DNA of 64,000 nucleotides from the human T2T-CHM13v2.0 reference genome, Homo sapiens: NCBI RefSeq assembly GCF_009914755.1, contig NC_060936.1; one strand, written 5' to 3'. This document shows positions 39,166 to 51,934 of this stretch, piece by piece. The translations under genes and the position numbers were made by a program. The notes below the pieces were generated by a model. The model saw only the letters and a list, made by a program, of their open reading frames with translations. It made no database searches and was not told where the DNA came from. Each line of letters starts with the position of its first letter. Position 1 is the stretch's first letter.

Positions 39166-39956
39166 AAATAGTATATCTTCCTTGGTTTCCCCCAACCCCA
39201 AATGAATGAATCTCTCTCTCCTATATAGACAGCACAACCTCAGTGACCCAGAGTACGTGATCGTGATCAATTTTGTCTTTTATGATTCAGGACTAATCAG
39301 AAATACTTTCTCACCTCCTTGTGTAAAATTTTCCTGGCCTTCCTGTTTTTTTCAGGGCATCTATGTTGTGTCAGGGACTCTGACATCAGTGTACTTTTGT
39401 GTGTCATATCTCCACATCCACAATTGCAGCCCAAATGTCTACCATCCCCACAACCTTCCCCTGCCTAACAGCAGGGCTGAAGCTCAATGCTCCTTCCCTG
39501 AGTTCTGCAGTATCTCTGGTAGCTCCCAAGCCAGCCCAGTGGCCGCAGTCACCAGAAAGCATCACTCTGCGACTTGGCTTCTGCTTCAGCTCGCCTTTCC
39601 TTTGGCCAGTGCCTGCTTAGGTATTAGGAAAATTCTCCTTCCTCTCGTACTGCTAATACCACCATTGTTTGTGTCAGGCCCACTTCCAGCTGCTCCCAGG
39701 AGAGAGCTGGGTCATATTTATAGAGTCAAGGAGTCCTCACAACTCTATATCCCACTTTGCCGCTGGGCCCCCAAAGCAGCTTTTCTTGTGCTCAGCATCT
39801 CACTAAATCCTCATCAGCTTCCACTCCATCTTTTTTCCCCATTAGGTGCCCAACCAGGCTAAAGGACCTGAATTGTGAAGGAGGTCATCTAGCTTTGACA
39901 TTTCCTTTTCCATCACATTCTCCCTCCTTACTTCCAGCAAGCTTCTCTTTCCTGGG

Positions 39957-40318
39957 TGATATGGTTTGGCTTTGTCCCCATTCAAATCTCATCTTGAATT
40001 GTAGTTCCCGTAATTCCCACATGTTGTGGGAGGGACTCGGTGGGAGATAATTGAATCATGGGGGCGGTTTCCTCCACACTGTTCTCTTGGTAGTGAGTTA
40101 GTCTCACCAGATCTGGTGGTTTCTAAGGGGAAACCCCTTTGCTTGGTTCTCATTCTCTCTCTTGCCTGCTGCCAATGTAAGAAGTGCCATTCACCTTCCA
40201 CCATGATTGTGAGGCCTCCCCACCACGTGAAACTGTGAGTTCATTAAACCTCTTTTTCTTTATAAATTACTCAGTCTCAGGTATGTCTTTATCAGCAGCA
40301 GGAAAACGAACTAATACA
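39957..40318 (+). mobile_element. MaLR solo LTR (THE1B-type)
   Basis: TGATATGGTTTGGC...CTAATACA complete ends; TSD CT(G/A)GG; TAATTGAATCA at 40048-40058. Confidence 0.93.
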
Positions 40319-40404
40319 CTAGGTATATATAAAATTAAAATGTAAAACTTTATATCTTCATAGCCATAAACTGAGGCTTCCATCTATATGGATGAAGTAT
40401 AACT

Positions 40405-40533
40405 GATGGCTAACACATAGGTAGCACATGCCAGTCACTGCTCTAAGTGTCTCTCATGTAAAAATTCATTTAGTCTTCACATCAACCCCAGGAGGTAGAT
40501 GGTATTGTTATCCCTACATATAGACAAGGAAAC
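40405..40533 (-). mobile_element. MIR SINE split by the MLT2A/HERV-L insertion (resumes at ~48187)
   Basis: Antisense MIR ...TATTGTTATCCCTACATATAGACAAGGAAAC, continuing GAAACCTAAGG after 48186. Confidence 0.7.
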
Positions 40534-40583
40534 TGTAATAGTTAGGGTTCTCTAGAGGGAAAGAACTAATAGGATAGATATAT

Positions 40584-41024
40584 TGCATTAGTCAGGGTTC
40601 CCTAAAGGGACAGAACTAATAGGAAATATATATATGAGTTTATTAAGTATTAACTTATATGATCACAAGCTACCACAACAGGCTGTCTGAAAGCTTGAGG
40701 AGCAAGGAGAGCCAGTCTGAGTCTCAGAACTGAAGAATTAGAAGTCCAATGTTTGGGGGCAGAAAGCATCCAGCATGAAAGAAAGATGTAGGCTGGGAGG
40801 CTAGGCCAGTCTTGCTTTTCAAATTATTCTGCCTGCTTATATTCTAGCCTTGCTAGCCCCTGATTAGATTGTGCCCACCCAAATTACAGGTGGATCTATC
40901 TGCCTTTCCCAGCCCACTGACTCAAATGTTAATCTCCTTTGGCAACATCCTCACGGACACACCCAGGATCAGTATTTTGTATCCTTCAATCCAGTCAAGT
41001 TGACACTCAGTATTAACCATCACA
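40584..41024 (-). mobile_element. HERV-L 3' LTR (MLT2A1-like)
   Basis: TGCATTAGTCAGGGTTC...TATTAACCATCACA; adjoins the PPT. Confidence 0.92.
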
Positions 41025-41036
41025 AGTCCACCCCTT
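41025..41036 (-). other. Polypurine tract of HERV-L
   Basis: Minus strand AAGGGGTGGACT immediately precedes the 3' LTR. Confidence 0.8.
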
Positions 41037-41454
41037 ATCAACTTGAACCCATACACATCTCCTGAGATCATACATGATCTTCAAATAAAGACAATAATAA
41101 GGTCATAATTACACCTAACATAATACAACTATCTTTCTCAAAACCAGAAAAGCACCAATCCCCAATCCAAATACTATCACATAAAGTTAACAATACTTAA
41201 ATGCTGATGTGAAGTCAAAAAATCTTATGTCCCATGATAAAGGAGAAAAGAAATAAAATGAAGACATTTTCTTAGTACAAGTGTATACATCCACAAACAT
41301 GTTTTTAACAGAAGAAGGAGAAAATACTCACGACAATTGCAGTCCTCATTTCTGCAGCTGATCACATGGTTGTAGCTGGTATTGATGACTACCTTCTTCT
41401 ACTACCCATTCTGTATATCCTTTGCCTTCAGCAAGCACCTCAGCAGGTCATGAT

Positions 41455-41880
41455 TTTTTTTTTTCCTGGTGGAGACCTTCATTCCTGAAGGGTCTGGGCC
41501 ACTTGTAGTCCTGCCTGGATTGGGCTGTTGTAGTTTCCCATTGACCTTAACCACATGGCATGGTGATACTAAGAGATGCCCTAATGAATCTCCTGTATTC
41601 CATGCATACTCTTCCTTACCCTTGTTGTGGAGTCATAGACTGATTTCATCTTGATAGTCTGGGTCAATCACCACAACCAACACTGTAACTCCCTTCTTAG
41701 TCTGTTGACTTAAAGGTAGGAGGCACCCAAAGTGTCCTGGTGGCAATCATAACTTCCAGTTTAATGGAATCATTGTTGTGTCTCCTGGCGGCAGCGTTCC
41801 TCCCTCTGGAACTAGGACCTCTAGGCCAGCAGAACTTAATGTCGCGGGAACAGGAAGTAAAAGTTTGGTAGTGGATCATT
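41455..41880 (-). pseudogene. HERV-L dUTPase remnant
   Basis: Manual translation LSSAGLEVLVPEGGTLPPGDTTMIPLNWKL*LPPGHFG...GVTVLVVVIDPDYQDEI (dUTPase motif 3-like), downstream of integrase as in ERV-L. Confidence 0.85.
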
Positions 41881-44800
41881 AGGGATGATGGTGAGTGGTG
41901 CCACTTCCACTTCCACTCCTTGATTCCTGGACCCGTGAATCCTGGCTATGGGAGAAACAGTACCATATATTGGATGCTGATTCAGAGCATAAATGGCCTT
42001 TTGGAGAACTTTGCCCCAGCTCTGCAAAGTGTTATCACCTATTTGGCATTGTAATCATGACTTCAAAAGGCCATTCCACCGTTCTGTCAATCCAGCTGCT
42101 TCAGGACAATGGGGAACGTGGTAAGACCAGTGAATTCCATGAGCATGAGCCCACTGCTGCACTTCTTTAGCTGTAAAGTGAGTACCTTGGTCAGAGGCAA
42201 TGCTGTGTGGAATACCATAATGGTGGATAAGGCATTCTGTGAGTCCATGGATAGTAGTCTTGGCAGAAGCATTGTGTGCAGGATAGGCAAACCCATATCC
42301 GAAGTAAGTGTCTATTCCAGTGAGAACAAACCTCTGCCCTTTTCATGATGGAAGAGGTCCAATATAATCAACCTGCCACCAGGTAGCTGGCTGATCACCC
42401 CTAGGAATGGTGCCATATCGAGGGCTCAGTGTTGGTCTCTGCTGCTGGCAAATTGGGCACTCAGCAGTGGCTGTAGCCAGGTCAACCTTGGTGAGTGAGA
42501 ATCAATGTTGCTCACCCCATGCATATCCTCTGTTCTGCCACCATGACCACTTTGTTCATGGGCCCATTGGCCAATGACAGGGGTGGCCTGGTGATGACAG
42601 GGGTGGCTGGGAAAAGAGGCTGAGTGGTGTCCACAAAACAGATCATCCTATTTACTTGATTATTAAAATCCTCCTCTGCTGAGGTCACCCATTGGGGAGC
42701 ACTCACATTGGATACAAATATTGTCACAGTTTGTGACTACTCAGAGAGGTCAATCCACACACCACTTCCCCAAATTTCTTTGTCACCAATTTTCCAATCA
42801 TGTTTCTTCAAGTCCCTGAACCGTAGCTAGCTCAGCCTTGGTGAGTAGAAGTCCATGTTGCTGAGCCCATGTGTAACCTCCAACCCTGCCACCATGGCCA
42901 CTTTATTCATGGGCCCATTGGGCGATGACAGGGGAGGCTGGGGAAAGAGGCTGAGTGGTGTCCACAGAACGGGTTATCCTATCCACTTGATTATTAAAAT
43001 CCTCCTCTGATGAGGTCACCAATTGGTGAGCACTCACATGGGATACAAATGTCTTCACAGTTTTTGACCACTCAGAAAAGTCCACCCACATACCTTTTCC
43101 CCAAGTTTCTTTGTCACCAATTTTCCAATCATGCTTCTCCAAGTCCCTGATCATCCAGACAAACCATTGGCTACAGCCCATGAATCCGTGTATAATTGCA
43201 CATCTGGCCATTTCTCCTTCCATGCAAAGTGTACAACCAGGTGCACTGCTGGAAGTTCTGCCACTGGGTAGATTTCCCGTCACTGCTGTCCTTCAGGAAT
43301 GTTCTGGAAAGGGGCTATAGTGCTGCAGCTGTCCACCTTCCGGTGGTGACAGCATATTGTGCAGAACCATCTGTGAACCAGGCCCTAGTCTTCTCTTCCT
43401 CTGTCAACTGATTATAGGAAACTCCTCATGAGGCCTTTGGTGCAGGCTTGGGGAGAGAAGGCAGGGTGGCAGGAGTGGAGACATGGGCATTTGAGCCACT
43501 TCCTCATGTAACTTACTTGTACCTTCAGGGCCTGCTTGAACCCGATCTCGTATATGCCAGTTCCACTTGATGATGAAATGCTGCTGTGCACAACCCACTT
43601 TATGGCTAGATGAGTCAGAAAGCACCCAGTTCGTGACAGGCAGTTCAGGTCACGTGGTGACTTGATGACCCATTGTCAAATGTCCAATTTCCACCAAAGC
43701 CCAGTAACAGGCCAAGAGCTGTCTCTCAAAAAGAGAGTAGTTATCTGCAGAAGATGGCAGGGCCTTGCTCCAAAATCTTATAGGCCTCTGCTGTGATTCA
43801 CCTATGGGAGCCTGCCCAAGGCTCCAAACAGCATCCCTATCTGCCACTGACACCTCAAGCACCATTGGATCTGCTGGGTCATGTGGCCCAAGTGGCAGAG
43901 CAGCTTGCACAGCAGCCTGAACCTGTTGCAGAGCCTTCTCCTATTCTGGACCCCACTCAAAACTGGCAGCCTTTTGGGTCACTCGATAAATGGGCCAGAG
44001 TAACACATCCAAATGAAGAATGTATTGCCTCCAAAATTCCGACAGACCCACTAGGTGTTGTGTCTCTTTCTTGGTTGTAGGAGGGGCCAAATGCAGCAGC
44101 TTATCCTTCACCTTAGAAGGAATATCTCAACTGGCCCCACACCATTGGACCCCTAGAAATTTTACTGAGGTAGAAGGTCCCTGACTTTTAGTTGGATTTA
44201 TTTTCCATCATCTGGCATACAAATGTCTCACCAATAAGTCCATTGGTTTGCTACTTCTTGCTCATTGAATCCAATCAGCATAATGTCGTCAATGTAATGG
44301 ACCAGTGTGATATCTTGTGGAAGAGAAATGCAATCAAGTTCTTTCCAAATAAGATTATGACACAAAGCCAGGAAGTTGATATACCCCTGAGGTAGGACAG
44401 TAAAGGTATATTGCTGGCCTTGCCAGCTGAAGGCAAATTGCTTCTGGTAGGCCTTATGGGCAGGAATGAAGAAAAGGGCATTTGCCAAGTCAGTGGCTAC
44501 ATACCAGGTACCAGGAGATGTGTTATTTTGCTCAAGCAATGAAACCACATCTGGTACAGCAGCTGCAACTGGAGTCACCACTTGGTTAAGCTTACAATAA
44601 TCCACTGTCATTCTTCAAGATCCATCTGTCTTTTGCACAGGCCAAATGGGAGAGTTGAATGGGGATGTGGTGGGAATCGCCACCCCTACATCCTTCAAGT
44701 CCTTGGTGGTGGCACTAATCTCCGCAATCCCTCCAGGGATGTGATATTGTTTTTGATTTACTATTTTTCTAGGTAGAGTCAGCTCTAATGGCTTCCATTT

Positions 44801-45200
44801 GGCCTTTTCCACCATGATAGGCCTCACCCTACCAGTCAGGGAGCCAATGTGGGGGTTATGCCAACTGCTAAGTATGTCTATGCCAGTTATGCATTCTGGC
44901 ACTGGGGAAATGACCATGGGATGAGTCTGAGGACCCACTGTATATCAGACCTGAGCTAAAACTCCATTAATTACCTGGCCTCCATAAGCCCCCTTTTTTA
45001 ATTGAATGACCACAATGATGTTTTGTGTCCCCTGGAACGTCAGCTCAGAGGCAGTATCCAGTAGATCCCAAAATGTCGGATCATTTCCCTTTCCCCAGTG
45101 CCCAGTTACCCTGGTAAAAGGCTGGGGGTCTCGTTGGGGAAGGATGGGAGAAAGATTTACTGCATAAATTGTCAGTAATGTAGTGAGGTCCTTCCTCAAG
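41880..45200 (-). pseudogene. pol: HERV-L pro-pol remnant (protease, RT, RNase H, integrase), disrupted
   Basis: Protease LLDTASELT (ORF 44945-45199); [16 protein letters not shown]; RT LPQGY and LVHYIDD (ORF 44228-44611); FERQLLACYWALVE; HVSAHQ...NNQVD; integrase YALNQHPIYG; many stops and frameshifts. Confidence 0.93.
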
Positions 45201-45229
45201 GGGACCCAGCCTCCCCTTCATTCAAGAAG

Positions 45230-46940
45230 TTCTGGGTCTGTAAACTGGCTCAAGTCTGGAAATTGATTGAGGGGCTGCGATTCTCTATTTTTATAATTAA
45301 AATTAGTCTTTAGTTCATTCAGCCTAGAAGTTTTCTGCCTGTATAAATTAAGTAGGAATGCAGTAGGCTTCCTATCAATTTCACTTCTAGGAACACCATG
45401 ATTAATTAGCCAAATGCCAGAGCTCTACACGAGTTAGACTATTCTGATTGCCACTTTGATTCTGCTGTCCATTACGGTAGCTACACCCACCTTGCCTTTG
45501 ACAGTTGAGTGCCACCACTTGGCTCCTGCCACCTCGGGATCTAATTATTCCCATTGTATTTAAATTCTGTAGTTGAGTAACTGCCGTTCCCACTGTTAGA
45601 TCTGACATACAGAGAAGAGCAATTACAGGGCTCTTCAAAGATGCAGGTGCCGCCCTCACCAATCTGTTTCACAAGGCATTGATCAAGGGCATATGTTCTG
45701 GACCCTCCCAGCTGGGATGAGTAAGTCTAAAGTGACTAATCCACTCCACCATCCCAATCTCCCTAAGCCTTTGGATCCCTTCCTCTACATTAAACCAAGA
45801 AAGATCAGGCATTTCCAGCTCGCTCACAGTGGGTCATCTTGTAATCCATATTTCAACTAACCAAGCAAATAAATGATTAGAACCTTTTTTAACTCCCTGA
45901 GCTGCAACATTAAATGCAGAGTCCCTACTTAGTGGGCCCAAATCAACAAATTCAGCCTGATCCAACTCTATGTTCCTTCCACCATTATCCCACACCCTTA
46001 GTATACATTCCCACACCTGTTCTCCAAATTTCTGTGTATATAAATTAGAAAACTCAAGCAGTTCTTTTTGAATGTAGGGCACCTCCTCATGGGTCACACT
46101 CTCATCCTCACCTCTAGGGGTCCGCAGTGACTTTAGCCTAATTATAGGTCTAGAAGCAAACAGGGGTGTTGGGGGTGGCTCCTGAGGAGAATCAACTATA
46201 TCTTCCCTGGCAACTGCCTCAGGGGAGGCCATCACTGTTGCCTCTGGCAGCTCAGGGTTTATCTCCTATGATAAATGTGGAAAGGCTAATGGCAGTACAG
46301 TTCCGGGAGGGGATGTTGCCACTACTGGGGATGGGGAAGCTGTTTCTTCTGGCAAAAAAGATTCATCAGAGTTAACAAACTCAGTGTCCTCAGCTTCATC
46401 AGGGTCCTTCCACACGTCCCCATTCATGTTGCAGGGTCTCATTCTTTTCCAATCAATGCCCTCACTTTAACAGTAGACACCTGGTGAGGCTGTGCATGCA
46501 CCTTTCATTGCAGGTCAGCCACTCACGTGATAAGAGCTTGTGTCTGTTTTTCCACAATTTCAGCTGTTTTTCTACAGGAGATAAGATGCTCACTTAGGGC
46601 AATCTTAGCAGATTTGAGGCTCAGTATCTGCTTCTGAAGCCAGTAGATGGAATCCCTGAGTTCATCATTTTCTTTCGTCACTTTGTCCACTGAACTTAGG
46701 AGCAACCTATCAGCTTCATTATGTTCCTTGGTTCTCTACATATGGTCAAAGGTATTATGTATAGAGTCACTAAGCTCCTTGCCTCTCACAAGCGATGAAT
46801 CAGAAGTGTCAAATGCATTTATTTTGCATAACTCTCTAAACAGTTCATGCCAAGGACTATTAGTGTTCTCCGTACTATTAGAAGTAGAGTCTTAGCATTT
46901 TTGGTTCTAATCATTTTAAGCAGCCAACTCCAGAAACCCC
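45230..46940 (-). pseudogene. gag: HERV-L gag remnant, disrupted
   Basis: ORF fragments LLSSVDKVTKENDELRDS, WECILRVWDNGGRNIELDQAEFVDLGPLSRDS and APASLKSPVIALLC match ERV-L Gag. Confidence 0.88.
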
Positions 46941-46983
46941 AAAACCAATGAAAGAACTCCACCTTTAATATTCTATTCCTCTA

Positions 46984-47001
46984 GAACCATTCCTGGTACC
47001 A
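46984..47001 (-). other. Primer-binding site (tRNA-Leu)
   Basis: Minus strand TGGTACCAGGAATGGTTC just downstream of the 5' LTR, complementary to a tRNA-Leu 3' end (...CCACUCCUGGUACCA). Confidence 0.85.
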
Positions 47002-47006
47002 AAATG

Positions 47007-47750
<744 letters not shown>

Positions 47751-47785
<35 letters not shown>

Positions 47786-47796
47786 ACACACACAAC
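47751..47796. repeat. (CA)n microsatellite at the provirus/outer-LTR junction
   Basis: About 22 CA units, one interruption, extending from the LTR terminal CACA. Confidence 0.95.
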
Positions 47797-48854
47797 ATAT
47801 ATGGGTGTTTATTAAGTAGTATTAATTCACACGATCACAAGATCCCACAATAGGCCATCTGCAAGCTAAGGAGCAAGGAACCCAGTCTGAGTCCCAGAGC
47901 TAAAGAACTTGGAGTCCCATGTTCAAGGGCAGGAAGCATCCAGCATGGGAGAAAAATGTAGGCTGGGAGGCTAAGCCAGCCTAGTCTTTTTACATTCTTC
48001 TGCCTGCTTTTTATTATGGCTGTGCTGGCAGCTGATTAGATTGTGCCCACCCAGATTAAGGGTGGGTGTACCGTCCCAGCCTATTCACTCAAATGTTAAT
48101 CTCCTTTAGCAACACCCTCACAGACACACCCAGGATCAATACTTTGCATCATTCAATCAGGTTGACACTCAGTATGAACCATCACAGAAACCTAAGGTAG
48201 AAACATGTAAATTATTCAGCGTGGACGTGGCAATGTCACGTTTGTGCTGATAAACATCATGTTATATGACTGACTATCCACACCATGTTATTTACTGACT
48301 CTCAGATAATGGGGTGTCTACAGGGGGTGGGGCAGGTATTAAGTACACTAATAAATCACAGCCAGCAAATTCCAGATCGTACTGAAGTTCTTTGAGAGAG
48401 GTAATACTTTTCTCATTTTATTGATGAAATGACTGAAGCACAGGAAGGTTAAAAACCTCAAAGTCACTGAACTGAATTTGAAGCATCCAGGGTTCAGCCA
48501 GGCACACCTTACTGCAGAGCCGGAGCTCATGGCATTGCAATCATCACCTTCCTTTCTAAGTTAGATCATTCTGTGTTCCTCCTTTAACAACTATATGACA
48601 CATAATGCAACCAAGTTCTTCGTGGAGAAGCTAAGATTAAGCAGATTTCTGGGGATGGAAGGAGGGACACTAGACCTGGAGCAGAAGGACTGGCTCAGGG
48701 GCCTCACTGACATGGCTTCCTTGCTGTGTGACCTTGGGCAAGTGCCTTCAGTTCTCTGGTTTTCATTTGTCAAATGGACATTTGTTCATTTGCCCAAACA
48801 AAAGGAAGAGAGATGGAAAGAGAGAGAGAGGGAAAGAAAGAGAGAGAGAGAGAG

Positions 48855-49115
48855 AGAATTGTATAGCGTGAAGAAAGTAGATTCTGGAGTCTGATTTTGT
48901 GAACTCAAATCCTCGGACTTGGGAGAAGAGATCTATGACCCCAGTAGGTCACCAAATGCCTCTCAGCCTCAGTTTCTCCATTTGTGAAGTAAGGATGATA
49001 TCAGGGCCCACCTCAAAGCTTTACAATTAGTAGTAATAATAAAATAGCACACGTCAAGCCCTCAGTTTCCAGAGTTTGGCATGGAGTCAGCAGTGTACAA
49101 AGGGCAGCTATTTTT
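48855..49115 (+). mobile_element. MIR SINE, preceded by a GA-rich repeat
   Basis: GTATAGCGTGAAGAAAGTAGATTCTGGAGTC...GCCTCAGTTTCTCCATTTGTGAA. Confidence 0.7.
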
Positions 49116-49344
49116 ATTAACTCAACCTCCATCCCCTGTGGCCCAGTACGTGTTAGGCACTGCGTGTAGAACACTTACCAAGACAAATGAGGACAAAACC
49201 CTGTATTATTGGCCCCCTACCTCTCAGGAGAGCTGAGAAAAGCAGCAGAGATAATATTTTGTGCAGTGTGGAGCTGGGATGTTTTTGCTGTTTTGCAGGA
49301 CTATGGGTCAAATGCAGATGTGGAATGGAACAGGATAGAAAGTA

Positions 49345-49545
49345 TATTTAGAAGGAGCACTGGACTGTGAGTAAAGAAGCTTGGATTCTATTCTTAGTTT
49401 GGCCAGTAAGAAATCATGTGACCTTGGGCAAGTCAGGTCCTATCCCAACACTGCAACTCCTTGCCTCTAAAATGATGGGGTTGTACAAGAAGCATTTTAA
49501 GAGTCCCTTTCAACTGTAACCTTCTCTGATTCTGTGTTGTAGCTT
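49345..49545 (+). mobile_element. MIR/MIR3 SINE
   Basis: GAGCACTGGACTGTGAGT...TGTGACCTTGGGCAAGTCA...GTCCCTTTCAACTGTAACCTTCT. Confidence 0.7.
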
Positions 49546-49589
49546 TAGCTAGAGTCTTTGAAATCCTGAAAGTTATTTTGGGTAAATTC

Positions 49590-49720
49590 TTTTTATTTCT
49601 TTTTGATCCAGGGTCTTGCTTTGTTGTCCTGGTTGGTCTCAAACTCCTGGCCTCAAAAGATCCTCCTGCTTCAGCCTCCGGAAATGCTAGGATTATAGGC
49701 CTGAACCACCACACAAAGCT
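49590..49720 (-). mobile_element. FLAM (free left Alu monomer)
   Basis: Single antisense monomer AGGGTCTTGCTTTGTTG...CTCAAACTCCTGGCCTCAA...GGATTATAGGC. Confidence 0.8.
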
Positions 49721-49892
49721 TGTTTGAGATAAATCCCTAACAGAAACTTTTTTTTTTTAAAAAGGATTGGGATTTGTCTTTTCTCCTCCATGTAGAATCA
49801 CCACACAAAGTTTGTTTGAGATAAATCCCTAAGAGAAACTTTTTTTTTTTTTTTTTTTAAGGATTGAGATTTGCCTTTTCTCCTCCATGTAG
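49704..49892 (+). repeat. Two-copy ~92-bp tandem duplication
   Basis: 49704-49795 and 49796-49892 are near-identical apart from poly-T length and a few substitutions. Confidence 0.95.
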
Positions 49893-50558
49893 AGGATTGC
49901 ACCCAAGATCAGTGACTGAGGGTTTTTGACTGGTAGGTTTGAGCTGGTAGAGGTTTTGCTCTGTGTTTGTTGGTACCAGTTAATATAAAAATGGGGCCTA
50001 ATCCCAGGAGAAGGGGACTCAACACTGCCAGGGATTTTCTTTGTTAAGAAACATGCTCATTAATCCTTTTTGTTATTCCCATTCTCATCTTCCAAAAACT
50101 AGCAAGGCCTCATCACCCTGAGGGCCCCATGAGTTTGAGAAGCTTGCCCTGGTGCTTGCTGTCCTCCTCAGAGAAGCTGCAATGGGCCCCAGAACTCCTA
50201 CTAAGTTTGCTTCATCACATTCATAGCCTCAAATTGCTACTTGGTCACCCTCTGGCCTTCTGACCCTCAACTCTTCACTGGCTGATCACACCTCAGGTTG
50301 GGGAAGAAAGGGTGTTGATATCTGGCTTAGGAAACATCCAGGCCACAGGAGTGTTTCAGGATCCCTGGGAATGCTCCTTTGTCTCCTTTTCCCCTTCTAA
50401 TTCTCTTGTTTTCTGCTGTCTCATCTCTGTGTGTCAATCTCCCTTCTCTACCCCTTTTATCGTCAAATTGTTTGGTGTCACATCCAGAAGAGCAGAACAA
50501 TGGTATGGTGCATCTCTCTCTTAAAAGGATCTGAACTATGAGGTATCTTCTTTCCTGT

Positions 50559-50932
50559 TGATGTGGTTTGGCTGTGTGTCCCCACTCAAATCTCATCTCA
50601 AATTATAATCCCCATGTATTGAGGGAGGGACCTGTAATCCCTGCCTGTGGAGGGAGGGAGATGATTGGATCATGGGGGAAGTTCCCCTTATGCTGTTCTC
50701 ATGATAGTGAGTTCTCACGAGATGTAATCGTTTTATAAATGGCAGTTTCCCATGCCTTCCTCTCTCTCCTGCTGCCTTGTGATAAAGGTGCCTGCTTCCC
50801 ATTTGGCCATGATTATAAGTTTCCTGAGGCCTCCCCAGCCACGTGGAACTGTGAGTCAATTAAAGCTCTTTCCTTTATAAATTTCCCAGTCTGGGATATT
50901 TCTTTATAGCAGTGCAAAAATTAACTAATATA
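50559..50932 (+). mobile_element. MaLR solo LTR (THE1D/MSTA-type)
   Basis: TGATGTGGTTTGGCTGTGTGTCCCC...GTTTCCTGAGGCCTCCCCAGCC...AACTAATATA. Confidence 0.9.
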
Positions 50933-51134
50933 TCAGTGTATTCTAATTTCTTTTCTTTCTTTCTTTATTATTTTTTTTTAATTTACAAATTGTAAGGAAC
51001 ACGGGCTTTGGAAGCACAGACCTTGGTTCTGAATTCTGAGAGCTGTGTGCTGTGTGACCCCAGGTGAAGTACTCAACCTCTCTGAACCTTAGTTTCCTCA
51101 GCTCAAACATGACATCATCTACATTCACACTGGG

Positions 51135-51520
51135 GTGATTGCCTTCTAACTTGCCCTCTCCACACCACTATCCCAGGGCGGGTGTGTGGAGATTTTAAAA
51201 ATAAAGCAAATCTTGCCAAATCGTGTCACAGTCCTGCTCAATATCCATCTGTGGCTTCCCGAAGCTTTTAAAATAAATCCCAGGCTCCTTTCCAGGGTCC
51301 ATGAAGCCCTGCATGACCTCACCCTGTGTCATGCTCCCCTCACTCACTAGGTTCCCCAGGATCCCTTCTGCCCCAGGGCCCTTGGGTGTGCTGTTCCTTC
51401 TGCTCGGAAAAGCCTCCCTCATACTCTTCATCTGGGAGATCCTGCAGACTCTCAAGCCTCAGCTTAAATGTCACCTCTTCAAATAGACCTCCCTTGAGCC
51501 CCTTTCCAATCAAATTTGGT
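51135..51520 (+). mobile_element. L2 LINE fragment (MIR fragment just upstream at ~50990-51125)
   Basis: GTCACAGTCCTGCTCAA...GTGGCTTCCC...CCCCAGGGCCCTTG...CTCAGCTTAAATGTCACCTCTTC. Confidence 0.8.
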
Positions 51521-51564
51521 GACTCTGCTTATATTTTTCCTTTTTAAAAAATCGATTAATTAAC

Positions 51565-51830
51565 TAATTTTTATTTTTGAAAATTGTGGTAAAATATACA
51601 TCACAAAATTTACCATCTTAACCATTTTTTAATGTACAGTTCAGTGGCTTTAACTACATTCCCCTTGTTGTGCAACCATCACCACTATCCATCTGGAGAA
51701 CTTTTCATTGTTTAAAACCGAAAGTCTGTACTGATTAAACAATAACACCCCATTGCTTGCTCGCTCTCCAGCTCCAGGAAACTACCATTCCACTTTCTGC
51801 CTCTGAGAATTTGACTACTTGATTCCTTAT
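51565..51830 (-). mobile_element. L1MB-type 3' end
   Basis: TTGTGGTAAAATATACATCACAAAATTTACCATCTTAACCATTTT...GTACAGTTCAGTGG...GTGCAACCATCACCAC. Confidence 0.85.
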
Positions 51831-51934
51831 TGATATGATTTGGCTGTGTCCCCACCCAAATCTCATCTTGAATTATAATCCCCATAATCCCCATGTGTCC
51901 AGGGAGGCACTCAGAAGGAGGTGATTGGATCATG
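51831..51934 (+). mobile_element. Truncated THE1 LTR (5' ~100 bp only)
   Basis: TGATATGATTTGGCTGTGTCCCCACCCAAATCTCATCTTGAATT...GGTGATTGGATCATG, then an abrupt end. Confidence 0.85.

Noticed and set aside
41469-46895. HERV-L ORFs as functional or domesticated genes
   Set aside because: No fragment exceeds 133 aa; many stops and frameshifts; the protease motif reads DTA rather than DTG.
50606-50660. Internal duplication in the THE1D-type LTR
   Set aside because: Probably a subfamily variant feature rather than locus-specific; cannot verify without the consensus.
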